Assembly (NCBI GenBank): GCA_002633005.1
Contig: NMRA01000572.1
Span: 1 to 35,404, forward strand
Source of the DNA: Phoronis australis
Lineage: Eukaryota; Animalia; Phoronida
Length of the DNA stretch: 35,404 nucleotides
Direction: 5' to 3'
Shown piece after piece: positions 23,376 to 35,006 of the stretch. How positions within the stretch are numbered: position 1 is the stretch's first letter; each line of letters opens with the position of its first letter. A model generated the notes under the pieces. The model had not been told where the DNA came from and did no database searches. It saw only the letters and a list, made by a program, of their open reading frames with translations. The position numbers and the translations under genes were made by a program.

Positions 23376-23520
23376 TTACGTTGGGTATCCTCACATTTAG
23401 ATGTAAGTCATAAGTATAAGATTACAATCTGAATTCACTTCTTCATGGCAAACTACAGAAGAATATAGTTATATTTACAAACAATACCGTGATTGCCGAT
23501 AGTTCAGAAATAATTTTTGA

Positions 23521-24296
23521 AGAGCTATCTTACAACAACTCTTGTTGCGCTTTTTTATTGCCCAGCTTACCAGAGATTGTTATTTTTTATTATCTGTTGG
23601 TATTTCACTCATTAAATATATTTATGTGAGCACATGGACCCGTCTTCCTCCTTTCCCCCTTCATTTCGGTCTATTTCATTATTCCCTTAAACATAAAAAT
23701 GGTAATCTCTGGTAAGATGGGCAATAAAAAAGCACCGGCCACGAGGAAGTATGAGAGAATGACGAAAATTGGGAGGTAGAGGGTGGGAAAAATTAATAAG
23801 TTTTGGAATGTACGACAATATGGCCAGAACAATGGTGAACTGAAAACGAGGTTACAATAACAAAGAAAAACACCAAAGGGCATATGAAAATCATCAGCCT
23901 ATGAGAGCCAAGAGCTGACCAAATTCGAGGCACTGATTACAACAGACTAATAGAAGGCTGGGAAAACCACATGTAGTCCTACACAAAGGAATAATGGAAT
24001 AGACCGAAATGAGGGGGGAAAGGGAGGGGGTCCATATGCTCACATAAATATATTTAACGAGTGAAACACCATTTATGATCAACATATGTCCCGAATAATA
24101 GATAAATGATACATGCATAATGCAAGCTCGTTACCAGAGATGACAAGGAGACTGAGGTAGGTGATATAAGGTCATTTATTAAGACTAATACAATTACTAG
24201 AAAATATAATGAATACAGATAAGTAACATAAAAATGATAATCTCTGGTGAGATAGGCAATGAAAAAGCGCCACAAGAGATGTTGTAAGACAGCTCA
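23521..24296. mobile_element. Foldback/MITE-like element with long inverted arms
   Basis: 23521-23687 (agctatcttacaaca...ttaaatatatttatgtgagcacatggacc...catttcggtctatttcattattcc) is inverted to ~23986-24070 and ~24230-24296. Confidence 0.7.
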
Positions 24297-26871
24297 TGCC
24301 CATCATTCAGGATATATGTCGAACATAAAATCAATTTTTGAAGTTGGCGCATGTCTAAACAAGATTTTAAATCTCAACCTCCTCGTTTCCAAAAAGTTGG
24401 CCTATTCAGCATCCACAGCTGTCAAGACGTTTCTCACAGTATCATTAAGGTTGAACGTAGAAACCCCTTCAAAATCCTTTTGAAACAGCACTCACTGTCC
24501 ATTATGGGAATCCCAGTGAAAACATTGAACAATATATGAGATGATTTTGAAACCTTTGAGGACCACGAGGTATTAGCACTTTGCTAAAACATGTATTGTG
24601 TATAGTACACTGTGTCCTCATTAGATAAATTAAAAAATATCAATAATAATAACGGTAATGATACCGATAACGAGAAATTGTAGTGAAAGTAGTAATAATA
24701 GTAATCACGGCTTGGAATGACAAAAAAGAGGAAATTTTTACGGCCCTTAGCACATTTCAATCTAAACCATACCTCAACAGATCGAAAGTAAACATATGTA
24801 TCACAAGATGCCATGTTACTGTGTCCTATTGGCAAAACCCACTCATATTAAGCAGTAGTTGACATCTATCTCAGCAATAACAATGAAGGCAATTAGATGC
24901 AACAAAAGATATTTTTAAAATTAAAATAATAAAGATAATGATGAAAAATTTGCAATGTGAGTGGTAGAAGCTTATTCTTGATTTGCTGCAGGGAGACCTA
25001 TAAAATTATATTCAATTCTCATAATTACGATACAAAATTACAAAGAAAATTGAAAATCGATCCATAGATTATCTAGAAAGCCTGAAATACATACACATTT
25101 AATTCCAACAAACAATTTAATTCCAACGCAATGGAAAAAAGTCAAGACGAAAACCTGTGGCTCATACCTCAACTGTTAGCATGGAAAAATGAAAGTCAAA
25201 ATGAACTTTAAACTATAGAATGCATCAATCACAATCCTAAGTTGGCCAAGCTTTCCAGTTTCACACAGTAATTACAGGAATTAATTGTTCATAAGCCAGG
25301 CTGGTGTAGAAGAAACTATGTGACAAGAAATAACTACCACGACACTGAAAATAGGTTAGCAGAATTTGTAACCAATGGCTTAGACCAATCACATCATTCA
25401 GAACCTGTCATGTGATCACTTCTCTCTAACTGCAAACTCGAGTCACAAAACAGAACAAGAAAAATGTCAAAATAAATTGAAATACATAAAAGGCAATTTA
25501 AAACACACATTTGCAGTAATGAAAATAGAACTTTGTATCCCATTTCGGGGGCACCTAGAAAATCGCACTCAGGTGGTCAGGGTTAGCACTAGCAGCCAAC
25601 GGCATCGGGCGTGCATGCCGGATCAAACAAAAGAATTTCATACATCACTCACATCCCACGATTCCAATCCAATGAATAACCAGTTACCGTTGAATTTCCC
25701 TTCAGAAAGAGATGTTATTTCTAGTGTTTCATCATTTTCAGTCGGTCCTCCGACTCCAACTTAGTCCAAGGCGACTCGGCCACGCACTCCGTAATTGTTC
25801 TTCTCTCAAAGTTTACAGAGCACAAACCTTGGTTTGTGAACACATTGACCATTTCTTATATCCACTTTTTCCACGAAATATTCAGTCTACTCCACGCTCC
25901 ATGCAGTTTTGACCGCACAGAATCGCACTATTTGTCACCGCCATTTTTATACCAAATGCAAACGCCATTGATGAACCACGTTATCAAAGGGAAAAGGCAC
26001 TTGAATTTATCTGTTCCTCGACTGCCACTGATGTCACTCACTACTAAGAAAACATGTTTCTTATATATGGTTATGAGTCATCAGCAAATTCGAGCGCCTG
26101 TGATCCGCAATTACAATTTTTGTTCCTCCGAAACATAAAGAGCAAGTTTCCGCTTTTTGAGTCGTCAGCAACGCCGCGGTGAGAAACCATTTTTCCGTGA
26201 TAATTTTATGGCGATTCCGATTTTTCCGCAGAAATATAACAAACATACGCGGATCAAATAAAAGAAAAAAATGGAAATCCGTGTTTCCGCGGACAATTCC
26301 AAGCCTTGAGTAATAGCAGTAGTAGTAATGTAAAAGTAATAAAAATGATAATGAGTAGGCAGATTCATGCCGTGTCAGCGCGGAAGGCATTCCTATAGAT
26401 AAGGTGTACAAAAAGTGCTGCCCAATTGGTGTCTTTTCATAGCAAAAAATACTCTCCAAAATGGTGCCATTTTCGACAAAATACTATCTAAAAGGGTGCC
26501 TTTTCTGAATATCTGGAACAGAATTGGGCTTAAATGTGAATTTTTACACAAAATTAGTCTCTAAATGGGTCACTTTTTGTCCGAGCCCACTCTCTAAATT
26601 TTTCGGGCGTCACCCTTTGTCTAAAAATACTCGAGTACCCCCCCCGCCATCTCAGATACTACTTGTTCTTGATTTTGGTCATTTTCTTTGTTGTTGATGT
26701 CGTAAAATGCAACAATGGTACATTTCCCGCATATGTATTAGATGTAAAATGTAACAACTTGTTACATTTTAGGAGAGGCTTAGCAACGCAAGATGTAACA
26801 ACTGTTACATTTTACAGGTATCAAGGCCCTAAAAGTAGCACATTCAGGATTATCTATTTGTAAAATTGTAC

Positions 26872-26963
26872 CTGTCCCCTTTTGCATGATGTTGCATCAG
26901 GAACTTGCTGCAACAACTGGCATGTCTTTGGAACTCGCCGACATGCAGCGTCTACTTTCTGGC
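26872..26963 (-). CDS. ASPH: ASPH internal coding exon, 92 nt
   Basis: Acceptor ttccAG|GC, donor CAG|GTacaa. Translates (G)QKVDAACRRVPKTCQLLQQVPDATSCKRGQ, matching ASPH 'GRRNENACKGAPKTC...TGCRRGQ'. Phase 1 joins the previous exon. Absent from the ORF track. Confidence 0.95.
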
Positions 26964-27119
26964 CTGGAAGAAATAAAGACAACCATTATTTTACAATCAA
27001 CCAATTTGATTTACTACAATGCTGCAATACAACAATAAACTTTCGAAGTATACTTATAAATTTTACTACATGCATGCGGTTAATTTTTTAAGGTGTACTG
27101 AGTAAAACCCATCCAAATA

Positions 27120-27755
27120 CTAAATACAAAAAACGTACCGAGAGTGGTGTACTTGAAGTAATATCCCACAAGACATTATTCCGCATATCGTCACTTGTTA
27201 ATTTTTGCCCACTGACCCTACCATCCCCCTTTTCGTCATTTTCTCGCACTTCCTCGTGAGCGCTTTTTTACTGCCCATCTTACCAGATTATCATTTTTCT
27301 TTTGCTATGTTTATTCACTATCTATTACTTGTAATTCTATTAGACATCATAAATGACCTTATATCGCCTACCTCGGTCTCCTTATCTCTGGTAACGACCT
27401 TGTGACGCACATATCGTTTATATACTATTCCAAATATATGGCTATCATAAAACATTTAGCTATAGAAAACTGATACAGAAGTATCATAAGTAATGAACAG
27501 TCTTGTTCCACTGGTGTTACTTTTGTGACCTGATTGCATGTTGAGTGTTATTCATACTGCTGCAATTGTATTACTTCAAATTATTTTGGGAAAGGTTAAT
27601 GATCGAACCGGCTAATGACGAGTTGACACTAATCCCTACCTTTTGAACGTTCCACGTCAGAGGGCATTGTTGAAGTAGTGCGGGAGGGAAATACGGAACA
27701 CAATATCACATGGCCGTATTGCACTCCACCGATTCAATGGGTATGGATAAAGTTG
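27120..27755. repeat. Dispersed repeat, inverted relative to pieces at 21200-21370, 21876-21937, 23690-23800 and 24100-24240
   Basis: gaagtaatatcccacaagacattattcc versus ggaataatgtctcgtgggatattacttc, and aaatgaccttatatcgcctacctcggtctcctt versus aaggagactgaggtaggtgatataaggtcattt. Confidence 0.8.
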
Positions 27756-28107
27756 AATATTCTGAGTTTCATGACTTCAATATTTCAATTTTTTCCAAGT
27801 GACTCATTTTTCATTTTGATGTTACAGAGTCTGTTAAACAAGATAGTCTAACAGAGTTCTATTGGCACTCACCAGGGTTGAATGATCAGCCCATTATTAT
27901 TTGTGTTGTAATATTGGCACTCACCAGGGTTGAATGATCAGCCCATTATTATTTGTGTTGTAATATTGGCACTCACCAGGGTTGTATGATCAGTTCATTA
28001 TTATTTGTGTTGTAATATTGGCACTCTCCAGGGTTGAATGATCAGCCCATTATTATTTGTGTTGTAATATTGGCACTCACCAGGGTTGTATGATCAGTTC
28101 ATTATTA

Positions 28108-28842
28108 GTTGTGGAGAATAGGTTCGTCATTGGTCTATAGAGGCATTGTAGTATACAAGAAGGTCACTTACTTAGAGACGTGGTATGTTGTTTTCAGCTA
28201 ATGGATACCAGGATTGGATGTTTACTGACCCCCCTAGTCATAAATCTACTGAATAACTCCATAGTCCCTCCGTTGCCATCCCATTCATAAGAAGAATATC
28301 TGAACACCTACAACACACATACAGAACCCACGGAATTTCCTCTTACATGAAACCTATCAACACCCTCCGTTCCCTACTCATCAGACCCAAAGACCCAACC
28401 CCAATGTATAAACAATGTGGGGTCATGTACCAGCTGGAATGTGACCAGGATCCCAACCACACCTACATTATAGAAACCAAGAGACCGTTCCTTACCGAAT
28501 TCAAAGAACATCTGAAACTAGACAGACCAACAGCCATGGGAGAACATATTTTGGCGACTGGGCACACCATCTCTCTTTCGTCATCCAGGATCCTTAAGCC
28601 AAGGAACAAAACTGGCATACTCGTAAGCTCAAAGAGGCCATAAACATCAACAGTCACCGCCCCCTCTTGAATCGGGACCGAGGACTCCNCATACCCCCCC
28701 CCCCCCCCCGTGTACACCAGCATTCGTAACGAGCGAAAGGCGGGAAATCCCTCAATCTTGGATAAAGACCTGGCGGACCAGGTCGAAATGTCTGAAAACA
28801 ACATACCGCGTCTCTAAGTAAGTGACCTTCTTATATACTACA
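28108..28842 (+). mobile_element. 5'-truncated Penelope-like retroelement (GIY-YIG endonuclease end plus inverted pLTR piece)
   Basis: SVAIPFIRRISEHL..KPINTLRSLLIRPKD..CGVMYQLECDQDPNHTYIIETKR..FKEH..AMGEHILATGH, then after a frameshift RKLKEAINI..LNRDRG. A 51-bp inverted repeat pairs 28147-28197 with 28792-28842. Confidence 0.9.
28757..28795 (+). ncRNA. Degenerate hammerhead-ribozyme-like motif in the Penelope pLTR
   Basis: cTTGGATAA-a-GACCTGG-cgga-CCAGGTC-GAAA-tgtc: perfect 7-bp stem II followed by GAAA. The CUGANGA box is non-canonical. Confidence 0.5.
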
Positions 28843-28979
28843 TTATTGTTTGTGTTATAATATTGGCACTTACCAGGGTTGTATGATCAGCCCATTATTA
28901 TTTAGGTTGTATCTGAATTTCTGTATCAAGTGAGAGCGAAGAGTAATGTTAATAGCACATATCGCAGCAAACAAGTGCC

Positions 28980-29745
28980 AAAAGTCAACTCCCTGCTGTA
29001 CGCAGACCACAGTTGGTCTTATGTTGCTCTACCACCATCAACTTACAACGTATGCTAAATTGTTTGGTAGAATATTGCGAATCATAGGGCATGCAAATAA
29101 ACTTGAAGAAAACCAAGGTGATCGTTTTCATAAATCGCGGTCCCCTTAGACAATATGAGAAATAGTTCTAAAATGATTGATTGATGTGGTGCCTCATTAC
29201 AAACACCTTGCACTACTTATTACTTCAAAAGCTTCGTGGACCCAAAGCCATTAAAACATTATCTAATCAAGCAAATAAAGCTGCCTCTGCAATTTGTAAA
29301 TTAAAGCAAAGATGTCGTGATCTACCTCCATCGATAGCCTTTCACCTGTTCGATAAAATGGTGTGTTATGGCGCTGAGATATGGGGCGAACAATTGGAAA
29401 ATGCAAATATCAAGTTTTGTAAACGCATCTTCGGAGTAATTGTTCTAACTCGGCAGTTACAGGAGAATGTGGCCAATTCCCATTGTTTACTAAATATTTT
29501 GTATCCTGTATAAAATATAGGTTCAAAATACTGGGGATGCCTAGTAATCGTAGGGTAAAAGCAGCATGTGATATGCTTTTTCAGTCAGACTCCATTGGAA
29601 GATCTTCTTCTAATTGGGCAAGTTTTGTAAGGAAACTTCTGTCTGCCTATGGTTTTTCAGATGTATGGATTAATCAGGGTGTTATGAACCAAGCGTATTT
29701 CTTGACAGTTTTTTCCCAGTGTGTCGGTGACTGTTATTTACAATA
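28980..29745 (+). mobile_element. Degenerate non-LTR retrotransposon RT C-terminal fragment (RTE-X-like)
   Basis: LLYAD..LQRMLNCLVEYC..INLKKTKVIVF..QANKA..HLFDKMV..YGAEIWG..IKFCKRIFGV..GECGQFPL..NWASFVRKLLSAYGFSDVWINQGV, with stops and frameshifts. The clade call is tentative. Confidence 0.85.
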
Positions 29746-29766
29746 CAATCACCTTCTTCCATTTAC

Positions 29767-29899
29767 CTTGAGCATACAGGGTGAGCTGTTTCCACTCTCC
29801 GTGATCCAGTAGATTCTCTTCTTCATCCACAAACATGCCTTTGCTGTTCATTTGGGCGAGACCCTCCTCACGGATAACTTCCCAGTTATCTGACAGCAC
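29767..29899 (-). CDS. ASPH: ASPH internal coding exon (first of four in window), 133 nt
   Basis: Acceptor tgcAG|GTG, donor CAAG|GTaaat. Translates VLSDNWEVIREEGLAQMNSKGMFVDEEENLLDHGEWKQLTLYAQ(G), matching ASPH 'LERNWKLIRDEGLA...EDENLREKGDWSQFTLWQQG'. Confidence 0.95.
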
Positions 29900-30347
29900 C
29901 TGCATTACAATTAAAGTACAGAGGTAAGTATAACATACAATACACTCTCTGTCAATCACTCTCCTCTCTCTAATTGTTAAATCCTTACTGAATTGTGGGA
30001 CATAACAAGCATTTTAAATATGTTATGATAACCTATCTAAAATTTTTTTGCATATGACAAGTTTGACACAGCGCAAACTGACATGGTGCAACTGCCTGTA
30101 TACTATGAACAGAGGCACAAGGCTTAAACCCTTGGCATTACATGTCACGTTCTAACTCTAAACAGCAACAGCTTCCAAACCCAGGCATTCAGACTAGTCC
30201 ATGGTTAAGTCTACCCAAAGTCTTTTGTCTGGTATAGAGACTCACACTTCAATAGACCTTGACCTTTGTCGCTTGCCACCACGTGACTTTGATATGCACA
30301 AAGGTTTCTGGAAAATTTTTGGTGTTTCTAGAAGATTCCCAGTTATG

Positions 30348-30394
<47 letters not shown>

Positions 30395-30405
30395 NTGTGT
30401 GTGTG
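30348..30405. repeat. (TG)n microsatellite
   Basis: Read directly; contains an N at 30395. Confidence 0.97.
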
Positions 30406-31265
30406 ATCAAAATGACACCACGAACGTCGGGTTTCTTCAAATCCGGTAATAAGGTTTCACCTATCACTTGCAGACTTATGTAGCATGATAAAACTATACC
30501 AAGATCATCAAACTTTATTAACAAGATAAGTAAATGTATGACAAGTTATCTTAGAAATCTTAGTAATCTTAGAAAAAAAATGCATTCTACCACAATCCAA
30601 AAATCGTTTCTAAAATAAGTGCAAGATTCCAGTGAAATTGTCCGAGTTTAACTAATTATTTATTTTCCAGACAATGTCAGCTAATCGTTTGGTCTTTTAA
30701 TTTATTAAGTTTTCCATTTTAATTCAAACCAACACCTGCTTTAATTTCGGAAACGTTGGAACGAGCACCCCGAGCTAGTATTTTTTTCTGGAAAATCGCT
30801 AAATGGAAATAAACGTATTTTCTCTTTTGGATATGAAAACAAATTGAAACCACAAAATGTGAATAAAAATTTGACTACTTGGGTTCTTGAATTTAAACAT
30901 TGGTCAAGTAATAGGAATTTTGTCAACAAAAAACCCAAGCCTTGAGCTATTCATAGGAAAGACGGTAGTTTCCAATATGGCTTATCAGATAATTATACCC
31001 ATCACTGACTCACAATAGAAGCTGCGCTTGAAACAATGTGGATAAAAATGGTTGTACTCAAGGACAGGCATGTAAAGGGCATGTTCATGACATGTTCGGA
31101 AACAAGGTTGAAAACCAGTCTCAAACTGCACATAAACAACATTTTGAATAATACTCGGACATTTTTCCTGAACCTGGCATCAATTATTGTGTACAGTGTA
31201 TGTCTTTCTAATTTGGAAGACGAAATTAGATATATCGTAGTAAGCTTCTAAATTTATTCTGGCAG

Positions 31266-31356
31266 CACCATTAAAGCAATACATGCTAATGTATAATAAG
31301 TACCACCATTAGAGCACTACATGCTAATGTATAATAACTAGCACCATTATAGCATG
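31266..31356. repeat. Tandem repeat, ~2.4 x 38 bp
   Basis: caccatta.agca.tacatgctaatgtataataa.ta repeated twice plus a partial third copy. Confidence 0.85.
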
Positions 31357-34300
31357 GCGTGTCCAGCCTTTGCAGTGTGCACAGGAATAGCAAGCAAACG
31401 ATTCGGTTTAGAAGAACCTAAATTCATTGCACAATACTACTGGGAACTACAAGCATCAAGGAAGTGCAAAGACAATCTTTCCAAATTTTTTAGCAATGAC
31501 TTGAATTTCTTTTTCGATCTACGCTTTGTAAATTTTTGAATTTCATTAGTCTAGTTTTTAATTCAATAAAGCATTTAGAGCTGCCCGACATTCATGAATA
31601 TCACTGTTATCGTTTAGTGTCCTTCTTTGCGATATGGTGGTCTGATGATGGATCGAATTTTCAAGTCAGACTTCAGCCTTCAACTAAGTTCAGATTCCAT
31701 TTCTTACAAAACAGCTTCTGTGCTGTGCACGAATGTTTTGTGTTTTTGATGAATTTGGAATCTCAACTTCCCCTCGTGAGTAGTTAGCAGTGTCATAACG
31801 GGAGAGGGCGCAGCACTGAAAAAAGTAGGGGCTAACGCCCCCAGCCCCCATGTAGTGCACCTCTGGAATACGCTCGGCAAAATTTTGCTTTACAAATTTT
31901 CTCGAATTTTCGAAATACATGTATGAATGATTAAGTGCACATTTTCAAGGGCGTTTAGACGACCTATGCTGCAAAAACGGTGACCCTAACAACAATTGTC
32001 CTGGACAGGGCCCTCAAATGGTAAACCATACACTGATACCGAGTTGTCAATGTTCTCTTGAATTTTCTCTCTGATCAGTATTCGAAGTCTTTCTTTTTTG
32101 TCTTTCCCCAGCCCCACACCTTTGTCGGTTGACACGGTTTGACCCTGAGGCATGCAATTTTTTGGGGTGGCACGCGCCCTCCCCCCGCTTACTAAGGTCC
32201 TGATGCAAGGAGTCCATCGTTGGGCCAATGTCAATGTTGTGTTTCAACACTGACGCACTCGTTGTATAGCTTGAGCATTAAATTAAAGGTTTAAGAAATA
32301 CAGGAGCAGTTTTGCGCATTTCATAGTGCGTGTAAAAGGGTTTATGGATTCGTATTGAACTTGTTGCTGCAACTTGTCCTGTGGGCCTGTACCCGGCACG
32401 TGACCACAAATGTGGACACTAATTCGGCTATTGCGCAAGTCGACTGCAGAATGGTGGCCAGTGAAAATGTAAGGCAGCACCATGCCAGTGGGCGTGTGTG
32501 ACAACTCGGATTTCTAATCTCTTATTATGAAAACTATTGAAGGCAATTACCAGCACCTGCAAACAAGAATTTTGAAGTATGGAGAAGTTCAACAGGAGTT
32601 AGCTGTAGACCTTACTCGTGAAGCTGCCGACATTCTAGCCACGGTTACTGCCGGTCCTTCGAAGCAATTATAGCACATATATAAGAATTTTTAAGAATGG
32701 TGCGTTTTGTGTTGACGGAAATGTCCATGGCGTCAAGGAATTTGAGGCATTTAATGATGAACAACTGTTTTGGCTTAATTTGGGAGAACACCAAGCAAAA
32801 CTAACTTCCAAGTATGCATACTGTGGCGGAATTAAGAAATACTATTATGGCAGTGTTAATTGTAGTAGAGCCACAAAGTGTGCTAAAATGGTAGAAAATT
32901 AGGCATAACATTTCTGTAGCAGATAAAAGGTTGATTTGCGCAGAAGGCCGATGTCTTCAATGCTCAGAATAATTTCGGCAGACAAGAGACTTGCCAAGAA
33001 AACGGCACAGTTGAGTCTGGGCACTCCAAAGGAAAGAACTGCAGCCAATTCCAATTATTCGGTGCAACTTCTCTCACCCAACGGCGTTGTTTCACGATAC
33101 CGCAACCTCAAACAACGCCAAAGAAATGAAACGCGGAGGGTGAGATATTACAGAGTATTCATATTTATTCTTGGATACAGGTGTCCACCTCAAAATGAAT
33201 TTCCCACGGTCATTCTTTATGCGATAGCAATGTTTTCGCCAACTGAAGAAGAACAGGAATCATAGACATCCCGCGTGCTCCGTCTATGGTTCTAACACTT
33301 CAAACTTGTGTCTACACCGCCGCTGAAAGTTTGATGTTGACCTCATTCTAATCTTCTCTGCAATCCACTGTCAGGGGACGAAAACAATTCAAAGTCCGCC
33401 CCTCGAAATAGGACTTGCTTAGCTGGAATTCAGAACTGCGGTCATGAGAGCTAGTGTTTTCACCTCCTGATTGCGAAGCGATCGAGTTAGCTGTGGTATC
33501 TTCATCAGCACGTGCTCTCAGCGGGAAGTCACTGCTTTATCCACTCAAGCGCTCGACCAACAACTGACGAGAGTCTCATAACTCCCACATGCAAATTTGA
33601 TATGCAAACGAGGGAGTACTTGACTACTGCGCCATCTATACATCGACGGAAAAGCTTAAATACCTGTGACTGCGTGTGGGAAGTTGCGATTGCGTGCGCT
33701 GAAGTCTATATTTTCAAATTACAATTACACCACTGTTTAAGGTTGCAAAGTGAGTTTTTTGATATCATTCTATAGAAAAAGCTTTATTCTCTCTGATAAA
33801 ATCATCTGTTTCCTTTTAAACGAAACTTAAGTCCTGAAATTAGTCCGGGGAAGGAGGCCAAAAACGGCGGTTTAGCTAGTTGTCCCTTCCTGGTTATCTC
33901 TTCCTGGCGAAATCAATAGTTCATAACCCACTCACCTGTGAAGGCAATAAACATAATAATTACACCTGGTCTGGCAATGGAACTACTTTTAAGTGAATGG
34001 TGAGATGCCTTGAACGTCAACACAACATTCACATATGAAACTTTGGCAGCCAAATTTATGATCCAATAACACCATGCCACATTAAATTTATACAGTACTT
34101 TTGCAACAAGTCTGTTTAGTTAACCCAATATCTACAGAATTAGCACAATCGAGTCGCATTATAACGTACCGGTCATTTATAACGTTCGATCGCTCCAATA
34201 TACTCTTTCTACAAACACGAATACAGAACTAATTGTAACACATGTGTGTTTGTAGATGGTATAACCACAAAATAACTACGTCGCAGTCGAACTGCTACTT

Positions 34301-34889
34301 AGCATTGATCGTATTGTGGCGGTCTTAAAAAGTTCAAGATAATTCTCGTGGAAAATAGATGATATTTGAAGCAAAAACTTTCGGTAAATTTTCTACAATT
34401 TTAGTGTCATTTTCGCCCAACTTTCTTCCAGATTTTCGCAATGATCGCGACTTCTGACAAAAGTCGTTAACTCTTGAAATTAGCGTTATTTTTCGTCTGA
34501 TTTTTGTCGGGATTTTCACTTTACGACAAAAATGTATGTGCTTGAACACGGTCACCCCTCGCTCTCATTTTGAAACGGCAAAAAACGACGAAACTTTACA
34601 GTTCACACATGTGCTCACGAGACCCACGAGAACGAATTACTTAGAATACTGTGGCACTACGCAAAATGAGACCATTGCGGATTCATACATTCGTGAGATT
34701 TGTTTCTTTCTCAGGAATTTTAACTCTAATTTCTGTGTATTTACTTTGAAATTACGAGTTAAATTAAATTCTTAACAGATTTAAAATTCAAAACAAAGGA
34801 AACCATTTTACTGTGTAGTAATACTAAAAGTGGGATTTTCGGGCCGGTCTATCACGACCAAAATACGTTATGCCTGCATGCCAGGCCAA

Positions 34890-35006
34890 AGACAGTGCAG
34901 TGTTGTTCTTCAATTGAACAATTTATGGATATGTAGGTGTATCTTTGGCAAATGTGAGTCGATTTTGACCAAAACATACAGTCATGGTCAACATAAGGTA
35001 ATTCAT
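34890..35006 (+). repeat. Dispersed copy of sequence internal to the 17381-20079 element
   Basis: atgtaggtgtatctttggcaaatgtg.gtcgattttgaccaaaa is shared with ~19714-19760, and agacagtg..tgttcttcaat.ga.caatt with 19342-19370. Confidence 0.85.

Larger units (their letters stand above)
20584..26829. mobile_element. ~6.2-kb segment bounded by ~140-bp inverted repeats rich in TGTAACA..TGTTACA palindromes
   Basis: 20584-20735 (gatacacagtaaaatgtaacaattgttaca...ctaggcctctccaaaatgtaataagttgttacatttta) is a diverged reverse complement of ~26700-26829. No target-site duplication or transposase identified. Confidence 0.55.
27860..28911. repeat. 52-bp minisatellite (~6 copies) split by a Penelope insertion
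   Basis: tattggcactcaccagggttg.atgatcag..cattattatttgtgttgtaa starts at 27860, 27912, 27964, 28016 and 28068, then resumes at ~28841-28911. Confidence 0.95.

Noticed and set aside
22948-23394. Longest ORF in the track (148 aa)
   Set aside because: It runs through a poly-T tract and a non-coding repeat element and shows no domain signature.
27860-28107. 52-bp array as a CRISPR array
   Set aside because: The whole unit repeats, with no unique spacers.
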